DNA of 64,000 nt from Marsupella aquatica (lineage: Eukaryota > Plantae > Marchantiophyta), in NCBI GenBank assembly GCA_973895155.1, contig OZ316895.1, positions 1,376,312-1,440,311 of the forward strand, written 5' to 3'. Made by a program: the position numbers and the translations under genes. Below the pieces are notes generated by a model. It was not told the DNA's origin and did no database searches. It saw nothing but the letters and a program-made list of their open reading frames with translations. Within the stretch, counting starts at the first letter, position 1. Each line of letters opens with the position of its first letter. Shown here one piece after another: positions 25,101-37,440 of this stretch.

Positions 25101-26137
25101 TCGTCTTTAAGAACTTCACCGCAGGTGGTTTATAGGAACTTGTTATGAGATTAAGATCCGTAAGTAATTCTGTACAGATTGGGGCATGTTTAACCCATTT
25201 TATGATGCAATATGACAGTTTGCTGCAGTAGGTGGGTTTGTAAGGTATTTCCATGAATATTATGGTGGTTGAGAATTGTCTATACGTTTATTTGGGGAAT
25301 TGAAAGCACGTGGTATGGAATTCTAATGAGATGGGCCTATTCGAAGGTTCTCATTTCTGGTGGTTTCATGCATGGTGACGAACATTTGAAATGTTGATTG
25401 GCAAGCGAGGGAAAGAAGACAGAAAACCATGAAAGGATTCCTCTCCTAACAGACCTTTTCCAAACCATCTGGGCTCAAAATGTCGATCCGGACAATGCCA
25501 TGGATCTTTTTCTCGAGATTCTATCGGGAGAACGTTTGTACGCCAGCATTCTTCGAGAAGATACCCTATACAGTGAGAACGTTTGCGTAGGGTACAGTAG
25601 GAGGAGCGGCCACAAGTGGACCAACAATTGAGGCAAAACCATGAGAATTGCAAGTCTACTGAAAATGGGAAGTGGACAGACTACTTACAACAGGTGAGAA
25701 TTCGCTTTATGAGTCATTGTTGACTCTTCCATTTAAAAATTTGTTATCGTTAGTCCATTGAGGCACCGACCTCTCTGCTTTTGGGCAAAAAGAAAACGGC
25801 ATGGACCCTAATGTTGCCCTTCTGGCTGCCACCATTGCTCTTTCCACCTTAGGTACTCCTGTTCGGGCAGCCCAGAACTTCAGTAGTCAGTGCAAAGCCT
25901 ACACTGTCTACTGCCAACGGATTGAGGCAGTGGTGAATCAACAGCCACTACTCACAGCTGCCCCCACCACCACCTCCCGGCTAATTTCCTGACCACCTGC
26001 ATCCAAGTTTAGCTGCCTCAACTCCTCTCTTCACTCGCCTGTGCTTTGCTATCGCCTGCCATACAACTACTTTCTACTACCCTGCCAAACCTCGAACTCT
26101 CTTCCCTCTGCCATACAATACCGTCATCACACGTCAA

Positions 26138-26753
26138 CTACCGTGACACCTTCTTCCACTGCCCGCACTCATCCTGTGAACCGTCTTCCACTGCCCTCAT
26201 TGCATTTGAAATACTGTTGCGACAATTCCTGAGGAAATTGACAATTTCACTTACACTACTCATGACAATGCACATTGCTACTGGACAATACATTGCCAAC
26301 CTTTGCTTGCAATCGTGCAAACACCAAAGGCGATGCTGATTGTGATTGTGTTGGAAGGCCGAAAATGTACTTTTTTTCAGTGCAAGATTCTCATGAAAAA
26401 GTGAAAGAACATGAATGATGGAAGGATCATTGGCAACATTATAATGTTGAAGAATCAAAACTATGGAGTTCAACTTCGAATTCTTCTCTAGGTATCTACT
26501 TCGATAATATGCGATCCCACAACGAGGGCACGCATTGTCTGCTAACAAAATTACAAAAGACAAGAATGCGACTGTTGAATTTATTTGTCGGTTCTTCTTG
26601 AATGTCAGTTCTCCAGCTAGAAAGGACCCTAAAAAAGGTCTGCAAGCCTTTGGAAACAGTCAGGAGAAACTCTAGCTCATGGTTCTGATCTATTGATGCT
26701 GCGATTGAGTTAAATACGATGTTGGACAACAGTGCACAATGGTCATGAGGCAA
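26138..26753 (-). pseudogene. Possible highly degenerate DNA-transposase (hAT-like) remnant
   Basis: Weak resemblance only (LEFLL.VSK.LQ.F.R.L; later SS.SE....RN.IS). Frames are broken. Confidence 0.2.
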
Positions 26754-28452
26754 GGGTCAAGCAGTCTGAGTTTTTAGATCAATGGGTGAAATCAGATCTT
26801 TAGATCAATGGGTGATATCAGATGTTGATGATTAATGGTGAGAATGCTCACTTTAAACCAACAGTACTTTATCAGGTGTTCTTTTTGCGTGTCTGTAATG
26901 ATGCTTCTATGCTTCCCAGGTGTGTCACCATACTAATTGCATCTAAAGAGTTTTCAGTTATAATTTTGTCATCTCAAGCCTGGTTTTTATGTTGTTGCCT
27001 ATCTTGGGGACCTACTCACTATTAAAAATTGAAGGAAATGGAAATCCCATAACCCTCTGATGAGGCGCCAATCAGATGAAAGAGAAGTGAGAAAGTGAAG
27101 TGGGGAGTCGGAGAGGAACGGAAAAAGGAAATGGGTGTGTGGGTTGGGGGACGGGGACAGGGACAGGGAGGGGAAAAGAATTGTGGGTTTCAAGTTTAGG
27201 TTGGAGGGCAACTTACTAAATTGTTTAATCTTGATATAATTATGGTACCACTTAACCAGCTTCCTATCTAACAAACGTTTCATGGACCTACTGTCCCACC
27301 AGCAAAGTTTGCATGAACAACATAGGCATTAAACATTTGGTTTCTGCTTTCTTCACCAGCCGTGCAACTTTTGCCTTCTCTTTGCACTCTCCTCCCCGTC
27401 CTTGTGACTTTAAGTCTCCTCCCTACCTACAATTCATGCATTGCTTTCTCTTTCACCTAGCATTTCAGCACTTACACTTTGACCATCTGTTGACAGAACT
27501 TGCCTCAACATTCCTTTTGGGGCGCTCGGCCATGGCCTCCACCCAGCGCGGCTTTGCTAATGGAATACATGTCTCCGATAAATATATGCAACTTTGTTTG
27601 ACCTCATGACCTTGCTCACTTTGCGTGCAAAATCATTCTTGCAACAATAGCACGGCAAGTACCACCAACAAAACAATTGTGCAACACACAGGCACTCGGC
27701 TGGTGCAACTATAGTAGACAATACTTAGCCCTTGGACAGTTACAAGACAAATCCCATAATGCTCTAATATAAGAATAAAACTACCCAAAGAGTACCAAAG
27801 AAAGAAATCCATGTGGAAGTCAGGGATTTATGTCCTTGAACTGCACACGAAGATCCAATTTATTCAGTGTGACATGTCTTGAGGCATCATAATTAAATGT
27901 GCTGGGGAGCTTAGGGCTCTTTGGGTGGGAGAAGGGGCGGGATAGGCTTCTTGTGGAATCATGATTGAACCCTCCTGGGAAATCTCAATTTTGCAGGTTG
28001 GCATGACTTACCCCTCCTTACAGATACTTTTAGATAGGATCTCTATCTCTCACACACACTTTCTCATCTCGTACAAATGTTTTTGTTTTGTTCTTGTGAA
28101 GACTCTGATAGAAGGTTGATCATCTCAGTCCTTTCACTTTGATCAACAATTTCTTTGTCATTCATGCTACTAAGTCCTTAACTTGGCACTTGGTAGACAG
28201 TAATGTGTATATTGTACAGAGTGTTCCTTTGATACTTTCACTTGTTTTCATTCTCCCCTCTGATTTGGACTCCTGCTTTTTTTCAATTTTCTTTTTTTGG
28301 ACTCCTGTCTCATGACTGAGCGCTTTTGTTCATTGGGAGTGTGATATATATTTGATAGTTCCTTGTAGTAAAAATTAGTCTAAAGTATAATTTCTTCTGT
28401 GGACTCTATGTATGATTCTTCATTGCCTCAAGTATGTCATATCACCAGACAT

Positions 28453-28796
28453 TGTTGAGCATAGACGACATTCGTAACGGCAAGCCCATGAACCATCCAA
28501 CGCACAAGAGTCGACACAGAGAGATACGTGGTTCACCTCCACATGAGGCTACGTCCACGGCAACACATAAGAGTTTTACTGCACTCTAGGCCGACCGGCC
28601 ATACCAAGCATCCACAACACAAGCTCTCCCTATCTCTCAACTAGCTCCGTAACAATGAGCCTAAGTTCCACCAGGGTCTGGAATCAGCCCTGGCTATATG
28701 CACACCAGCACTACCGCTAACATTAGCTAAGTCCTAACCCGAGTTAGACTAACTATGGTTAGCTCATGAGTCACAAGACTAGAGCAATATCTAACA
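28453..28796 (-). repeat. Copia-A 3' LTR (344 bp)
   Basis: TG...CA termini; PPT AAGGGGGAGTT adjacent at 28797-28807 (minus strand). Confidence 0.95.
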
Positions 28797-31032
28797 AACT
28801 CCCCCTTGAATCTTGTCTTGGGGACTGAACTAAATGCTACCATATGGAATCCTCAGCGGGAAGTTCTAGACAATCACCAAACCAGGTCTCCCCCTAAAAA
28901 CCACAAGGGTTAACTAAGGGTTAACTAGAACTAAGCCGTAGCCTAACAGGAATGAGTAATCCATTTACAAATAGTCACACATTGTTAAATAACTCTACTT
29001 GCACTACAACTGCAAAACCTGCAAAGTAGCACGGTGTCTTGAGAAACTCTCCAAAGGAATCACTTTGGTAAAGGCATCGGCAGGATTGAGCTTTCCATCA
29101 ATCTTGACTAGCTCAAAAGTTTTATCAGACACTGCTTGCCTGATAAAATGGTACCTGATATCAATGTGCTTCACCCTGCTATCCATCACCTGGTTAGCAG
29201 CCAAGTGAAGAGCACTTTGACTATCACAGTTTAGAGTCATTTTGCCATGCTCTAAACCCATCTCCGCGATCAACTTATCCAACCAAATTGCTTCCTTTGC
29301 TGCTTCTGCTGCTGCAACATACTCTGCTTCTGTAGTAGACTAAGATATACACTTCTGCAAGGTAGATTTCCAACTGATACATCCTCCTCCAAGAGTGTAT
29401 ACAAACCCAGTTGTAGACCTCCTTGTATCCAGACAGCCTCCATAGTCAGAATCTACATAGCCAACCAACGTTCTATCTGATCTGTTATCAAATAGTAATC
29501 CATAGTCCTTTGTTCCCCTCACATACCTGAGAATCCATTTCACAGCTTCCCAATGTACCTTCCCTGGATTTGACATGAATCTGCTAACCTTGCCCATCGC
29601 TAGGGCCAAGTCAGGCCTAGTACAGGTCATCAAATACATCAGACTGCCTACTGCCTTCTCATAAGGAATCTTAGCCATCAGACCTTTCTCCACAGCATCC
29701 GTAGGAGAGAAAGCCGATGATAACTTGAAATGTGAAGCTAAAGGAATACTCACTGGCTTATAGTTCTCCATGTTGAATCGTGCAAGTACTTTCCTCGCAT
29801 ACTGGCCTTGACTCAAGCACAACTGTCCAGTCTCAGAGTTCCTAAAAATCTCCATCCCTAAGATCCTCTTGGCCTTACCAAGATCTTTCATCCTGAATTC
29901 AACACTCAATTTCGCCTTGAGACTGTCAATCTCAGATTGATCTTTAGCCACAATCAGCATGTCATCCACATAGATCACAGAATGATGAAACCAAATACAT
30001 CATTCTTGACTGATTTCGTATACACACAAGGATCATACACCATCCTTGTAAAACCTTGAGCAAACATGAAATCATCAAACCGCTTGTTCTACTGTCTGGG
30101 AGACTGCTTCAATCCATACAAGGACTTGAGCACTCTGCAAACTAAGTTCTCTTGGCCCTTCTTCATAAAGCCTAACAGTGGCTGTCTCATGAAGATCAAC
30201 TCTTCCAAGTTGCCATAGAGAAAAGCAGTAACAACATCCATTTGATCCATCACCAGACCAAAAAACACAACAAGCTGACACAAGATCCGAATTGTGGAAT
30301 ACTTAGCTACCGGTGAAAAGACCTCATTGTAATCCACTTCTTTCTCCTGAGTGAATCCCTTGGCAACAAGCCTTGCCTTGTAGATCTTGTCTCCACCCTC
30401 TGAAGGACTATCCTTCAACTTGTAAATCCACTTGCTGTCCACCACTTGCTGACCTCTTGGAAGCTCCACCAGCTCCCATGTCTTGTTGTCACTCAAAGAT
30501 TGCAACTCCCTCTGCATTGCTGCATTCCACTCATGCTTCTGCTCTGAAGCACAAGCCTCACTATACGATGAAGGCTCTCCTTCTTCCAAGATCAAAGCCA
30601 TATCATCTTCATCAGGTGCAATGTCAATATCATCTAGCTTAGATGAGTCTGCCCATTGACCATACCTGGTAGGAGCTCTAGTAGAACGAATGGAAGTTCT
30701 TCTAGTAGATGACTCAGACTGATCTGTTGCAGCTGTTGGTTGAATTTGAGGTACCCTAGCAACAATTTGCTCCTCTTGTTCCATCACAAGAACCAACTCC
30801 AAGCCCGGAGCTTCTCCATCTCTCCTGTCATGAACTGCATCATGACTAATCTCCCCCTCAACCCGGTCCGGGATGGGAGATTTCCCCTTATCAGTATGGG
30901 AGTCCTGAGAACTCTCCCCCTCCTTTGATGATCTGGATTCATTAAAGGACACATCTCTACTGACAATTAGTTTACAGGTTATTGGATCCCATAACCTATA
31001 ACCCTTCACACCTTTTTGATAGCCAAGGAAAA

Positions 31033-34000
31033 TATTAGGAATTGGCTCAATTGTTAGGAATTGACTCTAGTTCCCGACATAGTTAGCTTGGCCTTACTAG
31101 GGTTAGTTTTAACCCTAGATTACATTAGGATAAGATCCGCTTAGTTTAGGCCCACTCATCTTGGCCCCCTTGGGGGGTATAGGCTGGAGGGAGAGCACTC
31201 TCTCCCTCATTCTTCACATGTACTCTCATTTGCTATGGAGCCTTCAGGAGTTTCTCCACTCGGGGTGTCTCGTCGGTGTAGCGTCTGATTGAGTGTCTCT
31301 CATATTTCCGCATTCCTATCTAGTCCGGAGCCGACGGTTTCTTACAAGTGGTATCAGAGCCTCGCGTTCGTGGTTCGGTGGCCTGGGCAGTGGTGAGAGC
31401 GTTTCATTGTATTGGATCGTGGTGGAAGATTGAATCGTCGTCGATGATTGCATGATTGTTTCACTGGTCGTTTCGCGTTGAAGGTTTCATGCTTGAATAC
31501 GGTGACGGTTTCCCGATTGAAACTTCAGCTTGGAGTGTCGGATGTGTCTCTGTTGTTTGAAGTACTGTCAAGAGGACAGTCTAGCGATCTCTTATGCGCG
31601 TCGGCGGGCACAACGTTTTGGTGAAGGTTTCAGTGCTTTTCATCATTGGTGTGCCGAGTAATCTTGTATATTGAGGTTGTTGTTTAGAGCTTTATGCTCT
31701 TGGTTATGGCTTATGTAAGGTTCGTCTCTCTCTCGTGTGGGGCCGAAGGAGTCTCTTTCTCTTCGTGAAAAGTCGTGAATTGTGGGGCCAATGTTGCATT
31801 ATTTTTGCAAATTTTAGTTCATCCTTAAGTCGCCGTATCGCAACGTTATACGGCGTTGCGGACAGGCTTGAGTCCAGCCGGTGTATTATCTTCGGGCACG
31901 AGGCCATATGTTCCCCGTTGGCATTGAGGGAGAGCCCGAGGTCTAAGAAGGTACATCTGTACCTGCAGGTACAGTACTTGAAAGTATTGTATTGAGTGGG
32001 GAGGGGGAGTTCGTAGCTCCCTCCTCTCAAGAGCTCTTGAAGAGGGCACGAGGCCCTGTGCAGGTACGACTGTACTTGCTGGTACAATTTTATTTTCTTT
32101 TAAGTGTGGGAAAGGGAAATTCGTATCTCCCTTCTCTCAGGAGCTTTAATGGGGCCCATTGCACTATGCTGAAAGAGCGAAGGGGAGGGGAGAGAGTCTC
32201 CTCCTTTGAGGAGACTTAATAAACGGGGGCTCAAAGCCCTATGGAGGTGTGCAGGAGCCAGGAGGTGCATTAAGCTCCCTTTTTTCAGGAGCTAGGAGGG
32301 GAGTTAATGGTCCCTCTTTCCAGGAGCTTTGAAGGAGGGCTCGAAGCCCTATGATCAAGCCAGGAGGGCTCGAGTGAATTTTGAGGGGTACAAGGGGGGC
32401 ATTAACGGCCCCTGTACCTGGTGCACAGCAGGACGGAGGGCTAGAGTGGAGGGTCGACGCGCGACCCTATGCGCGGGAGGGCAAGGCACGGAAAAGTTTT
32501 TTTAAAGAATTTTTTGAGGTCAGTAGGGACGAATGCTCGTCCCTAGTCTTCATTTTTTTTCTTTGTTCTTTTCTTTTTCTCTCCGCGATTACTCTTACTT
32601 CCCAGGTGGACAGGTGTTGGCTCCACATTTCTTCTGCTGTAAATTTCGACTGTACTTTGATTCCCTCCGAAAGATACTTTTCCAGAGAGCTGAATTTTGG
32701 CCGAAATTTCGAATTCGGCGGTTGTCGAGGCAGAATTTTTTCGCACTGCTTTGCAAGGGGATACTCAAGGGAGTTGAGCACCGGCCTGTGAAATCGATTT
32801 GCATTTAACTATTGCAAAAAAATTTCGGGACCTAAGATACCCGACGGGGGTCAAAACGGCCATTTTGACCCCCCTCCGGTCCGGGTTGAATAAGTTTTTG
32901 CTGGAGAAGTTTTTTGCCAAATCATTTTTAGATCTTGGTAGTGTACCTTGCAGGCTACGCGGCAGTGCATTCCATTTCCACTTTCACCAACTTTCATTTG
33001 TTGGTGACTTTTTGGGTGGAGGTATTTTGGTTGTGTTTCCCGTGTGTTTGTGGCAGCATCAATGACTTCAAGAAAGCTTGCGGCGCCGAAGTTTGAGGTG
33101 GAGAAGTTTGACGGGAAGGTCAGCTTCAGCCTCTGGACTCGGAAGGTGACCAATGTGTTGATCCAGCAGGGTCTTGAGAAGACCCTCACTGGAGTGAAAC
33201 CCTCGAATCTAACAGATGAGGAGTGGGAGGACATGTCGGTGCAGGCGTGTAGCACAATTGAGTTGTTCTTGGCAAACAACATTCTCAAGAACGTGTTGGG
33301 GATGGATCGGAATGCCAAGAAAATCTGGGATATGCTTACTCAGCTATACCAGAGTACTTCGTTGACTACTCGCATTTATCACTTGGAGCGGCTATTCAGG
33401 TTGAAGTTGAAGGATGGTGGCAACATGCGTGATCACCTCAGTCTCTTTGATGAGATTGTGCACGAGGTGGCCACGGCGGGAGACAAGTTGACCGATGAGT
33501 ATCTTGCGATGCATTTGTTGATGTCGCTTCCTCAGAGCTATTCGACGTTGGTGACAGTCATCACACATGACAAGTCTACGTTGAAGCTGGATGAGGTAAA
33601 GGCTACCATTCTTGCAGAATGGGGCAAGCGACAACTTTCTGGCCGTGACAATGAGTCTGCTACCTTAGTGGTTAGAGGCAGATCGACGGAGCGTACTACG
33701 GATCAGTCTAGATCTAAATCACATAGTAGATCTAAATCTAAGTCCCGTAGTAAGAAAGTGCAGTGTTGGCATTGCCATGAGAAGGGCCACACCAAGTGGA
33801 ATTGTCCTTCTCTGTCGAAGCAGAAGCGTCCTGCTTCCAATGGTGCGTCCTCATCGTCGGCTGGTATTGTGATTGCTGATAATGAGGATGCTGCTGAAGT
33901 GCTATGTATTGGTGCTGTGAATTCTGTGTATGACAATAAATGGATGTTGGATTCGGGTTCCTCTTATCACGTGTGTCCAACGCAATCGTATTTCTCCACT

Positions 34001-37000
34001 TACCAACCTTGTACCGATACTGTGGAAATCGGAAATGGAGTCCGATGTGCGATTGTTGGCATGGGGACTATCAAATTCCGGATGTTTGATGGTGTTGTGC
34101 GAGCACTGACGGGAGTCAGACACATACTAGACATCTCTAAGAATTTGATTTCTCTTGGTGCTTTGGAAGCTGGTGGATCTCATTTCACTGCACGTGATGG
34201 TGCGCTCTTTGTCATCAAAGATGATGTATCTTTGATTAAGGCGCTACGGCAGAATAATTTGTACATCTTGGAAGGAGATGTCATTGCTCCTAGAGTGGAG
34301 CATGTGGATTCTATGGTGGAACGTTCGGATGCAGCGGCAACATCTGCTGTAGAGTCATCTACGGCTGCTTCAATTGAAGCACCCTCGACATCTGGTCGCA
34401 CACAAGCCATAGATTTGTGGCATGCACGGTTGGGGCACTTGAGTGGTAAAGGATTGGCAGCCTTGGCAAACAGAGATTTGTTGCAAGGCGCTCAATCTGA
34501 TAAACTCTCTTTTTGTGAAGATTGCATCTTCGGCAAGCAGAGGAGAGTGAGTTTCAGTTCTAGTTCATACCATTCTCATGAAATTCTTGAGTATGTACAT
34601 TCGGATATTTGGGGTCCAGTGCCGGAGCCGTCGTTGGGTGGAGCCAGATATTTTGTGACGTTTGTAGATGATTACTCTCGAATGTGTTGGTTGTACTACA
34701 TGAAGGAGAAGTCTCAAGTCTTTGAGATTTTCAAGGAGTGGAAAGCCATGGTAGAGCTACAAACTGGGAAGGAGTTGAAGTGTGTTCGGTTCGATAACGG
34801 TGGCGAGTATAAGTCCAATGAGTTTGATCAATTTGGTCGGGACCTTGGCCTCAAGCGTCATTACACTGTACCGGAGACCCCGCAGCAGAATGGAGTTGCA
34901 GAACGGTTGAATCGGACATTACTAGAGAAATCACACAACATGCTATGTAAGTCCAAGTTGCCCAACAACTTTTGGGCTGAAGCTGTCAACCAAGCTGCAT
35001 ACGTCTACAATCTGTCACCGCATAGTAGTAAGTTGATGCAGACTCCATATGAGTTGTGGTATAAGAGACCTGCTGATTACTCTAGACTCCGAGTTTTTGG
35101 TTGTGCTGCCTATGTTCACATTGAGCAGACACACAGGTCTAAGTTGGATCCCAAGTCTAAGAAATGTATTTTTCTAGGCTTTAGTCCTGGGCAGAAGGGC
35201 TATAAATTGTGGGATCCTGTCGATTGCAAGGCAGTTGTGAGCAAAAATGTTGTTTTTGACGAAGAATGGTTGTCAAGACCCCGGGATATTCAAGAGGAAC
35301 AGGTGGAGGAACCCACTACGATGGAGCTTGGTGGCGATGAGGAAGCTGCTGGTCCCTCTGGAAGAGGTGCAATTCCTCAACCAAGGCGCTCCACCAGGGC
35401 CAATTTTGGCCAACCCCCTGATAGATTTGGTTTTGCAGATCCTCGTGTTCACGTTGTTGAGCATGACGATGATCCCGGTGTTATTTTGCTTACTGAAGAT
35501 GGAGACCCCTCTAGCTATGAAGAAGCTATGGCCTCTCCAGAGAAGGATAAGTGGATGGAGGCGATGTTGAAGGAGATGAATTCTTTGAAGAAGAATTCAA
35601 CTTGGCGCTTAACTGACATGCCTCGCGAGAAAACACTGGTTCCGTGTAGATGGTTGTACAAGAAGAAGCAGGATGGCACTTACAAGGCTCGCCTTGTGGC
35701 CAAAGGGTACACCCAGAAGGAGGGCTTGGACTACACGGAAATTTTCTCACCAGTTGTCAAACTCACTACTATCCGTGTTTTACTTGCGATTGTGGCATTC
35801 TATGATCTTGAGTTAGATCAGATGGATGTAATTACTGCTTTCCTGCATGGATTGCTTGATGTGGAGATTTATATGACTCAGCCTCCAGGTTTTATTGATG
35901 AAAAGACCAGACACTTGGTGTGTAAGCTCTTGCGCTCGTTATACGGATTGAAGCAGAGTCCCAGACAGTGGAATAAGCGTTTTGATTCCTTCATGTTATC
36001 TCAGGGGTTCACACGAAGTGAACATGATTGTTGTATTTACATGAAGGAGGTGGAGAATTACTCACGCTTTGGTTACATTGTGCTGGCATTGTACGTGGAT
36101 GACATGTTGATCCTGGCTGAGAATAAGTCTGATGTTGCCCATCTGAAAGCAATGCTGAGTAAGGAGTTTTCAATGAAGGACTTGGGTCAGGCCAAGAAGA
36201 TACTAGGGATGGAGATTCATCGTGACAGGGAGCAAAGGCAATTATGGTTGTCTCAGAGGCAGTATTTGGAGAAGGTACTTGCCAAGTATGGAATGGAGAA
36301 TGCAAAACCAGTTGGTACTCCATTGGCCTCCCACTTTAAACTCTCAAAGAATGATTGCCCTTCTAGTGAGAGTGATAGACTGGCGATGAAACATATTCCC
36401 TATGATAGTGTTGTGGGTAGTTTGATGTATGCAATGACATGCACTAGACCTTACATTGCCCACGCTGTTAGCATTTTGAGCAGATTTATGGCAAATCCTG
36501 GTAAGCTTCACTGGGAAGCAGTGAAGTGGGTTTTGCGGTATTTGAAAGGTACCTTAGATTGTGGGATCTTATTTGACGGTAAAGCAGACTCTACATTAGA
36601 GTTGGAAGGTTTTGTAGATTCAGATTATGCTGGTAACTTGGATAACAGAAAGTCTACTACAGGCTATGTGTTTATGCTGGGTGGAGGTTGTATCAGCTGA
36701 AAGTCGGCAACTCAATCTTGTGTTGCGTTGTCTACTACTGAGGCTGAGTACATGGCTGCATGTGAGGCAACCAAGGAGCTGATCTGGCTACGGAGATTGG
36801 TGAGTGATCTGGGTCTTTCACCTGAAAGACCGGTGCTGCTGTGCGACAGTCAAAGTGCTTTGCATCTGGCTAAGAACCCCGTGTTCCATGCCAGGACAAA
36901 GCACATTGACATTCGTTATCACTTCATCCGTGAGGTGATTGAGACAAAGCAGATGTTTCTGGAGAAGGTGGCTTCAGAGGAGAATGCGGCAGACATGCTT

Positions 37001-37440
37001 ACCAAAGTTTTACCTACCAATAGCTTTAGTCATTGTGTGGATATTATTAATGTTAGGGCCAAACCAGTGACTATGTAAATATGTTACTTAGTTACATATT
37101 GTATATCACCTGACTCATTGTGTGAACTTGAGTCAAGGTGGAGATTGTTAGGAATTGACTCTAGTTCCCGACATAGTTAGCTTGGCCTTACTAGGGTTAG
37201 TTTTAACCCTAGATTACATTAGGATAAGATCCGCTTAGTTTAGGCCCACTCATCTTGGCCCCCTTGGGGGGTATAGGCTGGAGGGAGAGCACTCTCTCCC
37301 TCATTCTTCACATGTACTCTCATTTGCTATGGAGCCTTCAGGAGTTTCTCCACTCGGTGTGTCTCGTCGGTGTAGCGTCTGATTGAGTGTCTCTCATGTT
37401 TCCGCATTGCTGTCTAGTCCGGAGCCGACGGTTTCTTACA
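31033..37440 (+). mobile_element. Copia-B: full-length Ty1/Copia element nested in the Copia-A integrase
   Basis: TSD GAAAA at 31028-31032 and 37441-37445. 295-bp LTRs at 31052-31346 and 37146-37440 (4 substitutions seen). PBS TGGTATCAGAGC at 31349-31360; PPT AAGGTGGAGAT before 37146. Confidence 0.95.
33062..37078 (+). pseudogene. Copia-B gag-pol polyprotein, single TGG>TGA stop in RNase H
   Basis: One frame containing CWHCHEKGHTKWNC, WMLDSG, DNGGEY, YVDDML, DSDYAG and KHIDIRYHF. Stop at 36698-36700 (ISW>IS*). Confidence 0.95.

Noticed and set aside
25366-25695. Exon-like fragment downstream of the DUF212 gene
   Set aside because: Stops in the plausible frames and no family recognised.
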